64,000 nucleotides of DNA from Oculina patagonica (taxonomy: Eukaryota), in NCBI RefSeq assembly GCF_052425735.1, contig NC_135768.1, positions 6,882,001-6,946,000 on the forward strand. Direction: 5' to 3'. Both the position numbers and the translations under genes were made by a program. The notes under the pieces were generated by a model. The model did not search any database, was not told the origin of the DNA, and was given only the letters and a program-made list of their open reading frames with translations. This document shows positions 60,011 to 64,000 of this stretch, one piece after another. Each line of letters begins with the position of its first letter. Position 1 is the first letter of the stretch.

Positions 60011-60690
60011 GCATATCGAGCGTTAATTTTCAGTAACTTCCACGAGTAGCTGTGGAATTTATAAAAAGTCCGATCTTGTTCACAAAATTAATGATAATTA
60101 ATTTGATGAAAAAAAACGCCTGAAAGCCACCTACAAGCTGCGGTGAAAATAATTTTCTGTTATTTATTGCCAAATACTCGCTATAAAACTGATTGTTCGC
60201 GAAAAAATTACTTCTATGGATTTAAATGACAAAACCGTAGCTTCATCAGCTAATGTCTTCCGGGCGTTAAAGGTGCCAACAAACAAGATTAACTTTGAAA
60301 ACTGTTCAGCCAAACAATTACTAAAAACCTATGTCGCAATCCGTTTTAATCATCTTAAGTAAATTTTTATCCAGCCTTACCTTATTTTGTATTTGCTGTG
60401 TTGCTGAAATGTTTCTTTATGGGTTTAAGTGGTTATTATTTTAGGTGGTCATTTTCTTTTGTCTAAATTTGGCTATTATACGCTTTTTTTCCCGCTCAAT
60501 TGATTTTGCAGGTAATTTTATTACGACACCGAATTGCACACATGCGAGCAGTTCGCAGGTCCTAACGAAGGACTAGTCACGGCAGTAACTGCAGTTCTAA
60601 GCTGCCGTTCTTTGGGTTCGTAACGCAATCTTTCCTCCCAAGTGGACGAGCGTAAGGGACGTCTGCATTGGTGTCTAGGTGTTTAGTGTC

Positions 60691-61160
60691 TTAATAATAT
60701 ACATGAAAAAATTACTCGATTCTGATTGGCTAAGAGCAGTGCAGTTCAGCTGTAACACTAGTGCAAATTACACATCAATATTCTGGATCACGTTTGGCTT
60801 AAAGACAGCAGGAAATTTTCTAACGTTAACATGGTCAATTGACAGCTGTCAAAACAAGGTATCCGCTGACCATTATCACATGACCATATCGCGGAATCAG
60901 GTGTAAACCTCATTGAGGTCATTTGTTTTTTGAAGCTGACCGCTGACCAAGATACTTTTTACCATTGTATCGCGGGCTCAACTTTTTTCATGTTTATACT
61001 ATTAATAAGTAATCATACGGTATTTCTCGTTCAATTTGAAATTAATTTGCACTTGTGAGTTTTTAAAAAGCTGAAATTGCACTCGCCGCTTGCTTTTTGA
61101 AAAACTCACTCGTGCAAATTAATTCCAAATTTAACTCGAAACCGTATGATTACCTATACA
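60691..61160 (+). mobile_element. Non-autonomous element: IR-bounded body + terminal hairpin
   Basis: acatgaaaaaa / ttttttcatgt IR; ttctgattgg at ~60720; hairpin gtaatcatacgg...ccgtatgattac (61009-61153). Confidence 0.7.
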
Positions 61161-61241
61161 AATATGTCAACGAAATATTGCCAGGTTTTCAAACCTAGTT
61201 GGCACAACTGTTTGCGGTGCGAAACCATTCAAATGAGGACG

Positions 61242-61362
61242 CAGACTCGTACCCAGTCGTTACTCGTTTTTTCCCTACGCTCGAAGAGGTTGATGGGAAG
61301 TCCTTCCCGTGATGCATTGCGCGCCGTTCAAAAAGCGAAAGAAGTAACTGGGTACGAGTCTG
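61242..61362. mobile_element. 121-bp MITE with 9-bp TSD
   Basis: atgaggacg|cagactcgtacccagt ... actgggtacgagtctg|atgaggacg. Confidence 0.9.
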
Positions 61363-62104
61363 ATGAGGACGTGTTTCACTTTAATGAAAGTGTACTTGTG
61401 AGTACAACTCATTTTCATATGAAAGGTTTCGCATCAGGACAGTAGTTTTGGAAACGAAAGTTTTTATATCCGTGATTTAAAAATGCGTGCCTCCATAATT
61501 TAAATAATATCAATAATTCAACCCAGCGTGCTAAAATTTTGAAGTATTTCAAGTGCTTTCAAGGGATGAATAGGTACTAAAAGAGGCCCGATCATGGTGG
61601 GCGCATGCACAAATTAGAATATGCAAGTGTAGCGGTGAATTGTAAGAACCGTTATCCTGTCATGTAAAACCGACTCAAAACCGCGTAAGGTTTCGGGGTA
61701 ATGGACCGAGATCGCTCAAGAGAAGATAAAATAAACTGGAACGACTGTAATTCTTTTTGTTGTTGTTGTTGTTGTTGTTGTTGTGCCAAGACTCGAAGTC
61801 AGTGAGAGCATAAAGTTAAAACGAGATTTTTGTTTGAATGTCCAACTTTATTGTTATTCCAACAAACTAACTTATAAGGGCCTAAAGATGAAGACAACAA
61901 GCGACTTTTTAAACACCCTTTTTTGGATTTCAAAGCTTCCCGTTTCAGTTAAGGGTTTTAATTGTCTTTTTCCGGACAGGCTAATTTAAAACTTGCATTG
62001 ATCAAGCTACCATTTCTGAGGCGCTATGATATCCGCAGTGGAAAACTACATGTTTGTCAGTTAAGAATGCTGTTCCCTTAATTTGTTGGATTTCTTCGTG
62101 CTTC

Positions 62105-63445
62105 TTACACGAGGTGGTTGCTGAAGATGGCTGCCACTTCGAACCCATCCAAAGCCTTGTTGTAAACTCGATATTCGTCAAGGGTGCCCTTGGTTTTCCA
62201 GCCATAAAGATGACCGAACTCGAGTGCTTTGTTGTTGTCGACGCTGCCTTTGACAGCTGAGATGTCGAGGGCGTTTGACTGCTTTTTACCATTGATGTAA
62301 ACGAACACTCTCTTCTGTTGTTCGCGATCAAAAACGACTGCGTAGTGAACCCATTGGCCAAGCAGCTGCGGTGGTTTATAACCGTTGTCGAACTCAATGT
62401 ATGTATCGACCTTTCTGTTCTCCTTGTCCCGAATGCACACGCGAAGACCCTTAGCTTGGTAACCGTGCGCTGTTTCCCAACCGGGTACCCAGCCCTGGCG
62501 GCCTGGACCATAATAGCAGCCCTGGCCTTTCTTGACAGCGAAGGTTGTTAAAGGGTATGTGACGTCCAAAATCTTGGCCCATCCAACAACGCTGAAGCTT
62601 GTGAGGCCAAAATTCAGGATGACAGAGTCTGGAACATTGATGATTCCATTGGAATCAAAGTAACGACCGCGAGAAAATTTGGACAGTCTAGGTACCGGGC
62701 CACTGGCCGAGCCGTGGTTCTCATGACCCGAGTCATCCGCGACCTCGTTTCCAGTTTGCTCGTCCATGCGCCAATGGCCAACCAAGCCAGGTACACGGTT
62801 GTTATAGCAACCCTTGACCGGGCTTCCTTGGGGATAATATGGCTGCCACTGCTTTTTGGAGCAAACTTCTAAGTACTTTTGGCCGTTGGTGGAGCGAAGC
62901 ATGCCTGTTCTCATTGTGGTGCAGGGTTTTTCTTCAAACGTCAGAAGGTCAGCGCTCTGAATATAGCGAGAAAACAAACAAAATATCAGACATTTACAGT
63001 AGTATAAGAAGCAATTGAACAACGATTTCCGCACTGAATGTTTAATTTATTTAAGATCCCTCTTATATTTTGCCGTGTTTACTGCAACACTTTGAATAAA
63101 ATATTTCTGATGTTCTGCGTCTAAAAACTCACACTTTAAATTTTTGAATTAAGAATATTTCGTTTTTTTCTTAAACAAAACGACGTTTTCAGTTGCATCA
63201 GTAGTTTTATTTAACAAATTTGCTTCAGTGATTTCTTTAACGAATATTCTGTTTCAGCCTGCGGAAATAGCACAAAGTTAGAATGTCTAAAGTTCAGCAA
63301 TAATTATGCTGCAGATCTAGAAATGTGAATTGTTTTGCAAAAAATAAATGCGTGAACGGCCAAATTTTTTTACCTCGCAGCAGTTACCCCAAACCTCTCT
63401 AGCGACAAGGAATGAAGCGAACATCAAGGCTAGCAAGCTCTTCAT
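62105..63445 (-). CDS. Secreted LamG/concanavalin A-like (Laminin_G_3/pentraxin-like) protein, 2 exons (63374-63445, 62105-62956), ~307 aa
   Basis: Exon 1 is a signal peptide MKSLLALMFASFLVAREVWG-NCCE|gt. Acceptor ttttctcgctatattcag. Exon 2 has GHWRMDE..VADDSG, WVHYAVVFD..VYINGK, GTLDEYRVYNKAL. Confidence 0.85.
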
Positions 63446-64000
63446 CTTCGAGTGGATCAGTGTAGATTTGCTTAATTTGCACTTAACGCGGTGCTTGTAG
63501 ACGTTTGAAAATGCTGATCCAGAGTCTTTCTTGTATAACTGAGCCACGTAGCTTTAGAGTATCACATACAAATATATGCGATCTTCCACATAAACCGGAA
63601 GTGAGTCATCTAAAAATCAAACGCGCATTTTCGGGTATTTGAGTAGATTAAAAACAATCAGACTGCATTAGCAACGAGTAAGTAAAAAAAAAAGACAAAG
63701 TAATGTAACAGAAAATTTGAATGTCGAAAAAATACGAAAATTTTTTCTAAGCTGTATCAGACGTCCTCATCGTTAGGACCTGTTGCAAAAGGGTCGTAGA
63801 GATTTAAACTATCGTGAGCTAAGCATTAAAAATAGGTTTATTCTTTATTGACTTTTATATTACCACGGATGAAAGCTTCAGCATTGTTTAGGCTAACCTT
63901 TATTTAATTTGAATAAATCAAGGAAATCACTTGTTCACGCTGTCTGACTCTATTCAAATTTGCTACACATTACTTTGTTGTGATCAATAAAAATATTGCG

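Larger units (their letters stand above)
51660..61910 (+). repeat. Tandem segmental duplication carrying GNAT copies 4 and 5 (unit 1 ~51660-55150, unit 2 ~55240-61910)
   Basis: Colinear matches: cctagactccggaaatct (51680/55255), ggtccactta.aacgaacgaa (51762/55627), 52488-52750 vs 58273-58518, 53250-53350 vs 58885-58975, the two CDSs, 54483-54600 vs 60571-60680, 54895-55150 vs 61620-61910. Confidence 0.85.

Noticed and set aside
61360-61400. Hammerhead ribozyme core (CTGATGA), also at ~20548
   Set aside because: No stem II-GAAA-stem III arrangement; at 61360 the motif is created by a MITE end plus its TSD.

Overview
Eukaryotic, AT-rich, repeat-rich genomic DNA with GT-AG introns. The SINE/MITE families and gene content suggest a cnidarian, probably a stony coral (inference). 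The central gene is a complete 31-coding-exon CFAP70/TTC18 on the minus strand (25052-51378, ~1134 aa), with an RFX X-box upstream. It is flanked on both sides by an expanded, intronless NAT16/histidine-N-acetyltransferase-like GNAT family: 5 intact copies, 1 mosaic pseudogene and several fragments. An intronless class I SAM methyltransferase sits inside the left GNAT cluster. Also present are an intronless class A GPCR with altered DRY/NPxxY motifs and a secreted LamG/ConA-like gene. Main observations: (i) GNAT copy 3 has captured the promoter and decayed 5' coding sequence of the methyltransferase as its leader; (ii) the GNAT paralogs appear partitioned by targeting signals (mitochondrial presequence on copies 4/5, PTS1-like SHL on copy 2), which together with (i) suggests a small-molecule acetylation/methylation gene cluster; (iii) at least five sequence-unrelated elements share an 'inverted repeat pair + CCAAT + long terminal hairpin' architecture, two with Crypton tyrosine-recombinase remnants; (iv) a 78-bp hairpin satellite invaded by two MITEs. 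All calls were made by eye; no database searches were run.
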